This document shows, piece after piece, positions 36,597 to 46,014 of a stretch of 64,000 nucleotides of DNA (its first letter is position 1; each line of letters starts with the position of its first letter). Source of the DNA: Candidatus Eiseniibacteriota bacterium (lineage in GTDB: Bacteria > Acidobacteriota > Terriglobia > Terriglobales > Acidobacteriaceae); NCBI GenBank assembly GCA_035500795.1, contig DATJWZ010000660.1, positions 3,358-67,357 on the forward strand. The letters are read 5' to 3'. Made by a program: the position numbers and the translations under genes. Under the pieces are notes generated by a model. The model did no database searches, was not told the origin of the DNA, and saw only the letters and a list, made by a program, of their open reading frames with translations.

Positions 36597-37912
36597 AACC
36601 GACTGCCCAAAGATCTTTCCGCGTTCTTGCAGCGTTCGCTGTTCTTTTGAGTGCGAATACCTTTCTGGCACTCGCCCAGTCCAAAACATACGAGCGTACC
36701 TTTACCCAGCCGCCGACAGCCATTCAGAAGGAGCTCCAAAAGATGCAAAGCTCCATGTCGGGACATTTGCCGCTTCTCGACGGATTCGCGGTCGCTGGCG
36801 AGCACCCGCTTGAGCGATATCAAAAAGCGTTTTTTCAGGCCAAAGCACAGGTGAGTCCAGACAGGTCCGGGAAATCGGTGGTTCGGGTTTCGGTCAAAGT
36901 GACGGCCTGGTACGACGACCCTGCCAAGGCACATTCCGGATATGAATTGCTCCCATCCAATGGACGGATTGAGACTGACATACTGGATCAACTTGCGGAG
37001 CAATTAGGAGCAAATCAGCCTGCCGAGAGGGATCGTCCCGTGGTAGCTTCGGCTCCCGCGGTTGCGGCTCCGATACGCGAATCTGCTCACCCAGTCGAAT
37101 CGAAGAGTGAGCCCGCAATCTCCGCACCCGAGCCTCGATTATTTGACACTCCCTCGGCTTCAGCTTCTTTGTCACGAGGCATAGTCGGCGCGGCAAGCGG
37201 AACTGGTGAAGATGCATCGAATCCGCCAGCCGATCCCGAACGTAAGCAGTTGCGAGAGCAAATTGGAGAATTGCAAGAGGCTCTCAAAAATCAGGCTCAC
37301 CCAAGGAATATGGCGGCGGTCAAGAAATCGGGAACGGCGGTGGTTTCGAACCCGAGTCTGAGTTCCAAGCCGATTTTCCTCGCCAGTGTTCATGATGAGT
37401 TCGAGATTCTGAACTATAACCAGGACTGGGTCCATGTGCGGATCTCAGGATTGTCGCGAGGGTGGATATGGCGAAACGACGTGGAGATGCCGGATTCGAT
37501 TCCGGATGCACCAATGGCTCCGCCAAGTCCGCGAGCGGCAGAGTTCTTCCATGTGGTGCGGGAGGAAACAGCGCAATTTCCCGGCGACTGGGCGCCGCTA
37601 CGCGGAAAAAACGTGAAGCTCATTTCCGTGCAGAAAATCGATGAGTCGACAAAGGACTCTGACTCGCAACTGAAGCTGGAGTTTGCCAAGACCGTGTTTC
37701 AGAAGAGCTATGCAGAAATGGCGCAGAAAGCGGATGATGCGGCAGGCATCGTGCTGATTTTTGATTCAGCGGATGGCGGAATGATCGCAGCAGTTCAACC
37801 CACGCTCGCGAAATGGAATTCAGGAGCGCTTTCGGATTCTGCTTTCTGGCGGAGTTGTTACTTCGATCCCCCTGAAACCTTTGCCAGCGGAGGCGGTAGC
37901 GGCAGTCAATGA
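36593..37912 (+). CDS. Secreted hypothetical protein with bacterial SH3-like domain (same architecture as the upstream gene)
   Basis: The GTG start overlaps the upstream stop (GTGA at 36593-36596). Signal peptide (VLAAFAVLLSANTFLALAQS). SH3-like block FEILNYNQDWVHVRISGLSRGWIWRNDVEM. Confidence 0.6.
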   Translation: MKPTAQRSFRVLAAFAVLLSANTFLALAQSKTYERTFTQPPTAIQKELQKMQSSMSGHLPLLDGFAVAGEHPLERYQKAFFQAKAQVSPDRSGKSVVRVSVKVTAWYDDPAKAHSGYELLPSNGRIETDILDQLAEQLGANQPAERDRPVVASAPAVAAPIRESAHPVESKSEPAISAPEPRLFDTPSASASLSRGIVGAASGTGEDASNPPADPERKQLREQIGELQEALKNQAHPRNMAAVKKSGTAVVSNPSLSSKPIFLASVHDEFEILNYNQDWVHVRISGLSRGWIWRNDVEMPDSIPDAPMAPPSPRAAEFFHVVREETAQFPGDWAPLRGKNVKLISVQKIDESTKDSDSQLKLEFAKTVFQKSYAEMAQKADDAAGIVLIFDSADGGMIAAVQPTLAKWNSGALSDSAFWRSCYFDPPETFASGGGSGSQ

Positions 37913-37974
37913 GCCGCGCCCGTGTTAGTTTCGAGGTACTTCTTCCAGAATAATATGTTGCAGGTCGGGGAATG

Positions 37975-38289
37975 TCAGGCGACTGCTGCCATGCGGCTGC
38001 CCGGACAGTTATCCGCAATGCACGAGAACAGAATATCGAGATAGGTCATCGCGCTATGCAGATCTCGGAGTTCGTCGGCACGCCCATCCGAGGCAGATTG
38101 CAATTCGAGCAATCGAATCCGTAGAAACTTCCTGGCGAATTGGATCTTGGCCAGTGCACGCTTCCCATCTGACTCCAAGACTGCAGCGAAATAAACATCG
38201 CGCCAGTTGGAGGTTCGGCTCCGCGGCGCGGAAGGCATCGATTTTGCTTGAGGGGAAAGCATGGTGTCCTCACTTAATCGTCGGAACAT
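37975..38289 (-). CDS. Small hypothetical protein
   Basis: 104-aa ORF. Helical-looking sequence (YFAAVLESDGKRALAKIQFARKFLRIRLLELQ). No family recognised, and support rests only on ORF length and context. Confidence 0.3.
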   Translation of the reverse strand: MFRRLSEDTMLSPQAKSMPSAPRSRTSNWRDVYFAAVLESDGKRALAKIQFARKFLRIRLLELQSASDGRADELRDLHSAMTYLDILFSCIADNCPGSRMAAVA

Positions 38290-38852
38290 TTAACCGCGCA
38301 CTTTCGAAAGCAACAATACAGTAAAGAACTCAATTCAGGTCCTAACGGTAGGCTTATATGTTCAGCAGAATTGAGGTGGGTGGAAATCTGAGCACTTTCG
38401 AGCAGCGTGTCGAAGAGGCATTTCTAAAGTTGCGAATCGCTCGGTCTTAGAAGGAATGTGGCCTATCCGATCGGGTTCGCACGACAAGCTTCGGACCGAT
38501 TGCAGACTCGCGGTTAGCCTGGCCGTCGGCCCTGCCCGCGGAGGCCTTGCCGGGACGTAAATCGAATACCCGGTCTCCTATCGCGTCAGCGGCAGCCTGA
38601 ATCCTTTCGCTTTGTTTCTTTACTTCATCCAAGAGCAACGCCAATGAATCGACTTCTTTCAAGAGTTCCTCGGCATGGCGCACCTTCTCGCTTTGGTCGA
38701 GCGTCGACCTGCGATGAGCTTGCTTGGGTTTCGCGTTCAGACTATATACGCGTATAGAGGGTGACCTCGTGCTTCAGAGTACTTAGCGTCATTAGAGGGC
38801 ACGAGCGCCAATATGCGCCACCAGAGGGGATGGGGACTACAGAGAAGAAACC

Positions 38853-39622
38853 TTACAGAGAGTTCTGGGTTCCCGAGATCCACCAGAGAACCTTTCCAAC
38901 AATACGCCATCGGCTTGCTTTAGCGAGCACCAGAGGATCGAATTTACGATCTTCCGCTTCGAGTAAGTCGACGCTGTCGTAGCGCCGCAGTCGCGAAACA
39001 CAAAGCCCCGTGTGATCGGTGCCGGCGACAATCACGTGCCCGTACAATTCAGAGCGGTCAGTCTGGAAGAAGTCCACCGCCAAGAGGTCACCCTGTCGGA
39101 TGAGCGGTTCCATGGAATGTCCTTTCACTCGAAGCAGACTGGTATAGGAAGGGTTGGGGCACCAGGAGGGGGGACGCCCACTGTAGTGCTGGAAGCAACT
39201 CCCCGAAGGCTGCTTCGCCGATCGCCCGGAACGCCATGCGTGCCGACTCTCGCTCTCAAAACGGGAATCGGCGTGAGCTTGCTTGATAATTCGATGTGGG
39301 TCATGGATGCTCGACCGTTGGAACGGTGCAATTCGACGGCTTTTCTTGAGCGGGATCCGTCCAGGGCATCGACGACCTTGGCGGGCTGGATGCCGCCCAT
39401 TTCCCAGAAGAACCAGGCTTCACCTTTGTTCCCCAGATTACCGAGCTGAATGAAATGCTCGGCAGACGGCTGAAGAAGGCCGCGCTCCCATCGCGAGATG
39501 GTCATGGCAGAACATTCCATTCTGCGTGCGAGTTCCGCCTGATTGATACCAATCCTCTCTCGTAGCGACGTGATGTGGTGCGCCCATTCGGGAGAAGCTG
39601 TACGTTTCTGCCTGTTACTCAT
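38853..39622 (-). pseudogene. HTH(XRE)-S24 peptidase (LexA/CI-like) repressor split by a frameshift
   Basis: ORF 39125..39622 carries the HTH (IGINQAELARRMECSAMTISRWERG). ORF 38853..39128 carries the S24 core (KGHSMEP...). The S24 frame stays open for more than 55 codons upstream of its GTG and reads SLLRVKGHSMEP across the junction, so the conserved motif spans the nominal gene boundary. A G6 run lies at 39168-39173. Confidence 0.6.
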
Positions 39623-40003
39623 CGGATTATTCTACGACGCTTGTCGTCTCCTGACTGACTGGCAAGAGTTATACAAGCGGGGCGACGCGGGGCGGCGTCA
39701 TTGCTCGCAAACCCGACCTCTATACCCATCACGGGATCTTGCCCGTTAAGGCGAGCATTGTGACGATTGCTCTGTCCTGAAGGAATGCGGCAAAACCGCG
39801 GGGACAGTTGTTGATTCGACTGTGCTTGATGTTGGCCCTCCACGAAACCCAGTCGACACTGCTACGCCAAGCCCTGGAATGCCAGTTTCCGCAACCGCCT
39901 GAGGGACGATAGGAAGTCGGTGACGTGATTTTCTAAACAAACCTTCTGAACTTCACCCCACAACTCACTCACGGCCCAAGGCATCGAACAATCGGCTTAG
40001 GAC

Positions 40004-40792
40004 ATGCAAAGTCCCTCACAAAAGTCTCACGCGAGGGTGAAAGCGGTAATTGCGATCTTGCTGACGTTCACGGCTGGAATAGTCGATATTGTCGGTTACA
40101 TGACGGTATATCACCTCTTTGTCGCTCACATGACTGGGGCGACAGTGCACTTAGGGAACAAGTTCGAGATCGGCGCTTGGCCTGATGTGGCCAGAGCGTT
40201 TGTCATCATCGCAAGCTTTGTCGCTGGATCAGTGGCGGGCAGAGCGGTTATCGAGGCTGGTGCGAGAGGACGCAATCGAACCGTTGCTTCCATGACAATG
40301 GCGGCAGAAGCTCTGTTAGTGTTGGCATTCGTCCGGATTGGCGCTGCTGTCCTGAAGCAATCCACGCCTGAAACGATTCCTGTGGGAATTTCCTGCCTGT
40401 TGCTCGGACTTCTCGCGGCGGCGATGGGGTTGCAGACAGCAACTCTGACTCGTATCGGACCGCTCACGATTCACACGACATTCGTCACCGGCATGCTGAA
40501 CAAACTGGCGCAGGAGGGTGCGAGATGGCTATTCTGGATTCATGATTCCTGGCGCGAAAACGGGAACATAATCGGCTTTATTGGGAACTCCCGCAAACAA
40601 ACCTCATTCCGCAATGCAGCGTTCATGGGCACGATCTGGTTCAGTTATGCGGTGGGATCGATCGCGGGAACATGGATGGACTCTCGCTGGAAAATCGCCG
40701 CTCTGTATTTGCCCGTGTGCATTCTTTTAGCTTCAATTGTCGTTGATCAACTACAGCCGTTATCACTCGAAGAGGAAAAAGACCAAATCTGA
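40004..40792 (+). CDS. DUF1275 (YoaK-like) family membrane protein
   Basis: 262 aa. N-terminal LLTFTAGIVDIVGYMTVYHLFVAHMTGATV is the DUF1275 signature. Multiple TM segments. Confidence 0.72.
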   Translation: MQSPSQKSHARVKAVIAILLTFTAGIVDIVGYMTVYHLFVAHMTGATVHLGNKFEIGAWPDVARAFVIIASFVAGSVAGRAVIEAGARGRNRTVASMTMAAEALLVLAFVRIGAAVLKQSTPETIPVGISCLLLGLLAAAMGLQTATLTRIGPLTIHTTFVTGMLNKLAQEGARWLFWIHDSWRENGNIIGFIGNSRKQTSFRNAAFMGTIWFSYAVGSIAGTWMDSRWKIAALYLPVCILLASIVVDQLQPLSLEEEKDQI

Positions 40793-40824
40793 GCCGGAAG
40801 GCTTATGTTCAGGTGTGTTGAACC

Positions 40825-42090
40825 ATGGTGCAACTACTTACATGGAATCGAATGGTCATGATTTTGCTGATGGTTGTACTTGCCTGCACGAACTGCGGTG
40901 CCTATTCGGTTCTCACTCACGAAGAATTGATCGACCTTGCCTGGAACGAATCGATACGTCCGGCATTGCTAGCGAAGTTTCCGAATGCTACGGATCATGA
41001 CCTTGTTGTAGCCCATTCTTTCGCGTACGGCGGATCGGCCATGCAAGACATGGGCTACTATCCGTTTGGCAAGCGCTTCTTCAGTAATCTGACCCACTAC
41101 GTGCGCAGCGGAGACTTCGTCGCATGGATGCTGAAAAATGCCAGCACGGTCAATGAATATGCGTTTGCGATGGGTGCTCTCTCGCACTACCTGGGGGATT
41201 CGATTGGGCATTCGGAGGCCATCAATCCATCGACCGCGATAGAGTTTCCCAAACTAGAGAAGAAATACGGGAGCAAGGTGACTTACGGCGAGAGCCCGCA
41301 CGGTCACATTCGGACCGAGTTCGCGTTCGATGTGCAAGAGATGAAGAACACAGAGTTCGCACCGCCAGCTTATTTGCGCCACATCGGTTTCCGAGTGCCT
41401 CGGAAGTTTCTGGAGCGCGCATTTGCCGCTACCTATGGCTTTAATCTTTCCGAGGTACTGGGAGAACCTATACCAGCCCTTAAGAGTTATCGGACATCCG
41501 TTCGCAGCTTTATCCCGTCGTTTGCGGAAGCCGAAGTCGTGCTGCACGGACACCAGTTCCCGCCGAATCCCGACAATGAGGCGTACCAGATTTTCTATGG
41601 CCGCGTGAAACAAACGAACTATGATCGCCACTGGAAGCACACATATAAAGGACCCGGCTTCAAAGCTCACCTTCTTGCTGTTCTCGTATTCCTTGTTCCC
41701 AAGGTCGGAGCTGCTTCAGATCTCGCCATCAAAATCCCGAATGAGCAAACCCAGGAGTTGTATCTCAAGAGTGTGAATCAAACTGTGGATGCTTTTCGAG
41801 ACACGGTGCAGAGAGCTTTATCCGATGCCAACAAAACCTTTGTGCTAGCAAATGTAGACTTGGACACTGGGCACGGAGATGTTCTCGGGGAATATGAGTT
41901 AGCCGATCAGGCGTATAGGCAACTTCTGGGACGGCTGACCGCTAAACGGGAACGAAGCATTCCTGGGGACCTGAAAAAGCACATGCTGGACTTTTTTGCG
42001 AGCGCGGCTGACCCGTCCGAACTGTCAGACCAGACATCGAATCAGTTATCCATTTTGAAGGACATGAAGGTAGGAGGTATGGGCGAATAG
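40825..42090 (+). CDS. Zinc-dependent phospholipase C-like family protein (tentative)
   Basis: 421 aa with a signal peptide, then YSVLTHEELIDLAWN and later HYLGDSIGH. This His/Asp pattern resembles Zn-PLC family proteins. The start may be the Met at 40852. Confidence 0.45.
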   Translation: MVQLLTWNRMVMILLMVVLACTNCGAYSVLTHEELIDLAWNESIRPALLAKFPNATDHDLVVAHSFAYGGSAMQDMGYYPFGKRFFSNLTHYVRSGDFVAWMLKNASTVNEYAFAMGALSHYLGDSIGHSEAINPSTAIEFPKLEKKYGSKVTYGESPHGHIRTEFAFDVQEMKNTEFAPPAYLRHIGFRVPRKFLERAFAATYGFNLSEVLGEPIPALKSYRTSVRSFIPSFAEAEVVLHGHQFPPNPDNEAYQIFYGRVKQTNYDRHWKHTYKGPGFKAHLLAVLVFLVPKVGAASDLAIKIPNEQTQELYLKSVNQTVDAFRDTVQRALSDANKTFVLANVDLDTGHGDVLGEYELADQAYRQLLGRLTAKRERSIPGDLKKHMLDFFASAADPSELSDQTSNQLSILKDMKVGGMGE

Positions 42091-42284
42091 CAGTTTTGGT
42101 AAGGGCTTTGTCCCACAGTTTCCTTTGTGAACAGATTCCTAAAGCGACCTTGTTCGGGTGTTTCCTAAGCCAAGCGCGGCCAGTGTTCCTGGTACATTCA
42201 ACCCTTTCGCCGGGGTATATACTTTCACCCAAGACGTTCCGTCGCGGTTAGGGCTGTGCGGGCGTTCATTTTCCCCAACCAGAC

Positions 42285-45200
42285 ATGGCAAGAGAGAATG
42301 TTCCCGCCGATCCACGGAGTCGTGGAGAGGCGAAGCCGCAGGGTGGAGTGGGTGTCCCCGTAAAAGGGGATAGCTCTGCGTCAAATCCGGCTCCCATCAG
42401 TGACGACCCCACTCTAACCAGCACACCTCCACCTGGCTATTCCAATTTCGATCCCGAGGCCACACTGGTTGACTTGGACGCGACCACTGGTGACTGGGTT
42501 CCACCGCAGAAGTCAAACTCGCAGCGCAATTCGGTGCGGTCTGTTGTCAGCGTTCCAATTTTCGACATCGGAGACGTCCTGGGTGGCCGATACGAAATTT
42601 TAAAGCTGCTGGGCGAAGGCGGAATGGGAGCGGTTTATAAGGCGATCGATCGCGAACTCGATCGTCCAGTTGCGCTGAAGGTGATCCGGCCCGAGTTAGC
42701 TTCGAACTCATCGATGCTGGCGCGATTCAAGCAGGAGTTACTGCTGTCGCGGCAGGTTACGCACAAGAATGTCATCCGCATCTACGACCTCGGCGACGCC
42801 GATGGAGTGAAGTTCATCACGATGGAGTTTGTGGAAGGCCGTGATTTGCGGGCCTTGATTCATGAGAAAAAGAAATTTTCTCCAGAAGAAGCCGTGGAAG
42901 TCATGCAGCAGGTGTGCCAAGCACTGCAGGCAGCACACAGCGTCGGGGTGATCCATCGTGATTTGAAGCCGCAGAACGTCATGCGTGAAGACAGCGGCCG
43001 CATCCTGGTGATGGATTTTGGTCTCGCCCGCACCATGGAAGGTGACGGCATGACCCAGACCGGGGCGCTCGTCGGCACGATGGAATACATGTCGCCGGAA
43101 CAGGCTCTGGGCAAGGAACTGGATCAACGATCGGATGTTTTCACGGCGGGCCTGATCCTCTATGAGCTATTGACCGGCAACATGCCTTTTAAGGCCGAGA
43201 CGGCTCTGGCCAGTCTCATTCGGCGGACGCAGGAGCGGGCAATTCCTGTGTCAGACCTGGATCGGAATATTCCTGGAGCTTTGAGCGGCGTTGTCAGTAA
43301 ATGCCTCGAGCGCGATCCTAACCTACGCTATCAAACGGCCGAAGAGGTATTGCGGGCTCTCGATTCATGGCAGGGAAAGCGCGCTGCGGCAACGTTGGGA
43401 TTTCATGCAAATGTAAAGCCGTGGGGACAGACCGTTCCGTGGCCAATCGTTACTGGCGTCCTTACTTTTCTACTGCTCCTGGTTGTGGGATTTATCTACC
43501 GCGGGAAGATGTTTCCGCCAAAGACCGAACCTGGTATCTCGCTGGCTGTCATGCCATTTCAAAATGCGTCCGGCGACGATACATGGGACTGGTTAGGGCC
43601 AAGCCTTTCTGACATGTTGAGCACAGATGTCGGCCAGTCGTCGCATCTGCGAACCGTTCCACCGGATCGGATGCAGCAGGTGTTGCACGATCTGAGGATC
43701 GCGCCGAATTCTCCGATGGACTCGACATCGCTGGGACGCATCGCCGATTTCACGAACGCCGATACGTTAGTCTGGGGACAGTACACGAAACTCGGTGATC
43801 AGATCCGAATCGACGCCACGGTCCAGGATCGAAAGCATAACCGAACGACCAAGGTGAAGTCGGAGGCCAGCAGTCAGAAGGATTTGCCGCAGGCCGTAGA
43901 TCGGCTCGCTGCAATGATCCGTCAGAATCTGTCGCTCTCCTCTGACCTGGTCAAGGAACTGCAAGCGCAGTCGTTCAAACCGAGTTCAAGTTCGGTGGAG
44001 GCCCTCAAGGATTACAACGAGGGACTTCAGTTCCTGCGCCAAGGGAACAACCTTGAAGCCCAGAAACGATTGCTGGCTGCGACCACAGAAGACCCACAGT
44101 TTGCGGATGCATTCTCGAGATTAGGCGAGGCTTACTCGGCCTTGGGGTATGACAGCGATGCGGAGCAGGCATCCCGCCGTGCTGTGGAACTGAGTCAGAA
44201 TCTGCCGCTGGCGCAACGTTATTTCATGGAGGCGAGTTTCGCGAAAGTCACAAAGAATAATCAGAAGGCGATCGCCGCCTACCAAAATCTGGCAAAAAGT
44301 TTTCCTGACAATCTTGACGTTTTGTATGCCCTAGGCAATCTTTACGAGGATGCCGGTGACTTGGGTAGTGCACGGGCGTATTACCAGAAAATTCTCGCAG
44401 CTGACGGAAAAAATCTCGATACGCTTCTAGCGATGGGCAGGGTTGAGATCAAGGCGGGAAATCCGCAACTAGGCTTAGATCCGCTGGACCGTGCGCGGCG
44501 TTTGGCCGTCGATCTCAATAATGAAGAGCAGCAGGCATTGATCCTGCAGGCGACGGGCATTGCTTACAAGTTGATGAACCGGCCCACCGAGGCTCTCCGC
44601 AATTATGAGGACTCCAAGGCGATCAACGAGAAATTGGGCCAGAAGCGAGGAGTTGCGGCCAGCCTGGTGGAAATTGCTCAGGTGCAACTCTCGTTGGGAA
44701 AGCTTGATGAAGCAATTTCCGCGTACAACGAAGCGCTGAAACTGCGGCGCGAGATCGGGGCCAAGAAAGAGACCGGCGATACACTAATTGATCTTGGCGA
44801 CATCTACATGGAGCGCGGCCAACCGGATCAAGCGCTACTAGTACTGAAGGAATCGCTCCAGATTCAGCGGGATTCCGGGGACGAAACATATCAGGCGCTT
44901 TGCCTCAACAACATCGGCAATGCCTACTCACTAAAGGGTGAAAACGAAGATGCGCTAACGTACTTGCAGCAAGCTTTGCAATTGCGCGAAAAGCTGAACA
45001 ATCCGGGCGACATTGCGCAGACGCTTCAGAGTCTCGGTACGGCCTATGTAGCTCTGGGGCAGTATGACGCTGCGATGCAGTCCTTCATGCGCGGACTGGA
45101 CCTTTATCGCAAGTCTGGGGACACGCTTAGCGCTGCGAAGATGTCACACAGCATGGCATTGGTATTCGAGTACCAGGGACGTATCGGGCCGGCGGTTTCG

Positions 45201-45923
45201 ATTCTGCAGGATGCGGTGAAAGCATTCCGCGATGCGGGTGACCGCAGCAGCAACATGGCCGAAGCATTAGCCGACCTGGGGGGAGCATTGGCGGAGGCTG
45301 GGCGCGGCTCTGAGTCCGGCACGCTGACCGATGAAGCTCTCAGTTTGGCTCGCGGCTTGAAGAACGATTCGTTAACGGCATCCGTCTTGCAGAGTCAAGG
45401 GGACGCCTTTTTCTATCAGGGTGATCTCAAGTCTGCGAAGAATTCATATGAGCAGGCCTCTCGATTCGCAACGCATAGTGGTGACAAAGAAGGAGTGATG
45501 AATGCCAAGCTTAGCTTGAGCAGAGTTGCGGTTTTCGATGGACGTGCGAGGACGGCAGTCAGTGACCTTCGCGCACTGGCGCAGCAGGCCGACAAAGAAG
45601 GCAGGCGCTATATCTCCGTGGCGGCGTCGGCCCTCCTGGCTCAGGCCACGATTGAGAGCAAGGATTATTCGGGTGCCAAGCAGGAGCTTCAACGAGTAAT
45701 GGGCCGCAGCGAGAAACTCGGGCTACGGCTTGAGGGTATGCGAATTCATTATTTACTTGGGACTGCGCTGCAGCGCTCCGGGAATAATACAGACGCTGCC
45801 ACGCAGTTTACTGAATCCGCGCGACTGCTCGGTGAACTGAGCAAAGAGCAGGGTTCGGAACACCTCGCTGAGCGATATGACTTGAAGCACATCTTTACGC
45901 AATCAAGACAGTCCGTACAGTAG
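42285..45923 (+). CDS. Ser/Thr protein kinase with one TM, a periplasmic domain and a long TPR array
   Basis: 1212 aa. Hanks kinase motifs GEGGMGAVYKA, VALKVI, HRDLKPQNV, DFGLAR and MSPEQ. A TM segment (WPIVTGVLTFLLLLVVGFIY). More than 10 TPR-like repeats in the C-terminal 650 aa. Confidence 0.9.
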   Translation: MARENVPADPRSRGEAKPQGGVGVPVKGDSSASNPAPISDDPTLTSTPPPGYSNFDPEATLVDLDATTGDWVPPQKSNSQRNSVRSVVSVPIFDIGDVLGGRYEILKLLGEGGMGAVYKAIDRELDRPVALKVIRPELASNSSMLARFKQELLLSRQVTHKNVIRIYDLGDADGVKFITMEFVEGRDLRALIHEKKKFSPEEAVEVMQQVCQALQAAHSVGVIHRDLKPQNVMREDSGRILVMDFGLARTMEGDGMTQTGALVGTMEYMSPEQALGKELDQRSDVFTAGLILYELLTGNMPFKAETALASLIRRTQERAIPVSDLDRNIPGALSGVVSKCLERDPNLRYQTAEEVLRALDSWQGKRAAATLGFHANVKPWGQTVPWPIVTGVLTFLLLLVVGFIYRGKMFPPKTEPGISLAVMPFQNASGDDTWDWLGPSLSDMLSTDVGQSSHLRTVPPDRMQQVLHDLRIAPNSPMDSTSLGRIADFTNADTLVWGQYTKLGDQIRIDATVQDRKHNRTTKVKSEASSQKDLPQAVDRLAAMIRQNLSLSSDLVKELQAQSFKPSSSSVEALKDYNEGLQFLRQGNNLEAQKRLLAATTEDPQFADAFSRLGEAYSALGYDSDAEQASRRAVELSQNLPLAQRYFMEASFAKVTKNNQKAIAAYQNLAKSFPDNLDVLYALGNLYEDAGDLGSARAYYQKILAADGKNLDTLLAMGRVEIKAGNPQLGLDPLDRARRLAVDLNNEEQQALILQATGIAYKLMNRPTEALRNYEDSKAINEKLGQKRGVAASLVEIAQVQLSLGKLDEAISAYNEALKLRREIGAKKETGDTLIDLGDIYMERGQPDQALLVLKESLQIQRDSGDETYQALCLNNIGNAYSLKGENEDALTYLQQALQLREKLNNPGDIAQTLQSLGTAYVALGQYDAAMQSFMRGLDLYRKSGDTLSAAKMSHSMALVFEYQGRIGPAVSILQDAVKAFRDAGDRSSNMAEALADLGGALAEAGRGSESGTLTDEALSLARGLKNDSLTASVLQSQGDAFFYQGDLKSAKNSYEQASRFATHSGDKEGVMNAKLSLSRVAVFDGRARTAVSDLRALAQQADKEGRRYISVAASALLAQATIESKDYSGAKQELQRVMGRSEKLGLRLEGMRIHYLLGTALQRSGNNTDAATQFTESARLLGELSKEQGSEHLAERYDLKHIFTQSRQSVQ

Positions 45924-46014
45924 AAATAGCGCGAGTTTAGGATTGCAGCTTCAACGAAGAGGCAGCAAAACCCAAACGCACGGTTGATACTCCAACAGTT
46001 CTCAACGTCCGACT

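Noticed and set aside
37342-37355. A GGTTTCGAACCC stretch resembling a tRNA T-arm (reverse strand GGGTTCGAAACC)
   Set aside because: It lies inside the 36593..37912 coding frame. No acceptor, D-arm or anticodon-arm complementarity surrounds it. No tRNA could be folded anywhere in the window by eye.
38447-38683. A 78-aa minus-strand ORF (coiled-coil-like N-terminus, Gly/Arg/Ala-rich C-terminus)
   Set aside because: It has no recognisable family, and its low-complexity second half and weak start context are unconvincing. It could be real, but the sequence alone cannot support it.
39623-40003. A 380-nt gap between the HTH gene and the DUF1275 gene, inspected for an sRNA, riboswitch or tRNA
   Set aside because: It contains only short 5-bp inverted repeats, with no extended conserved-looking structure or terminator. 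The ORFs listed there (39619..39843, 39746..39940) have no coding character.
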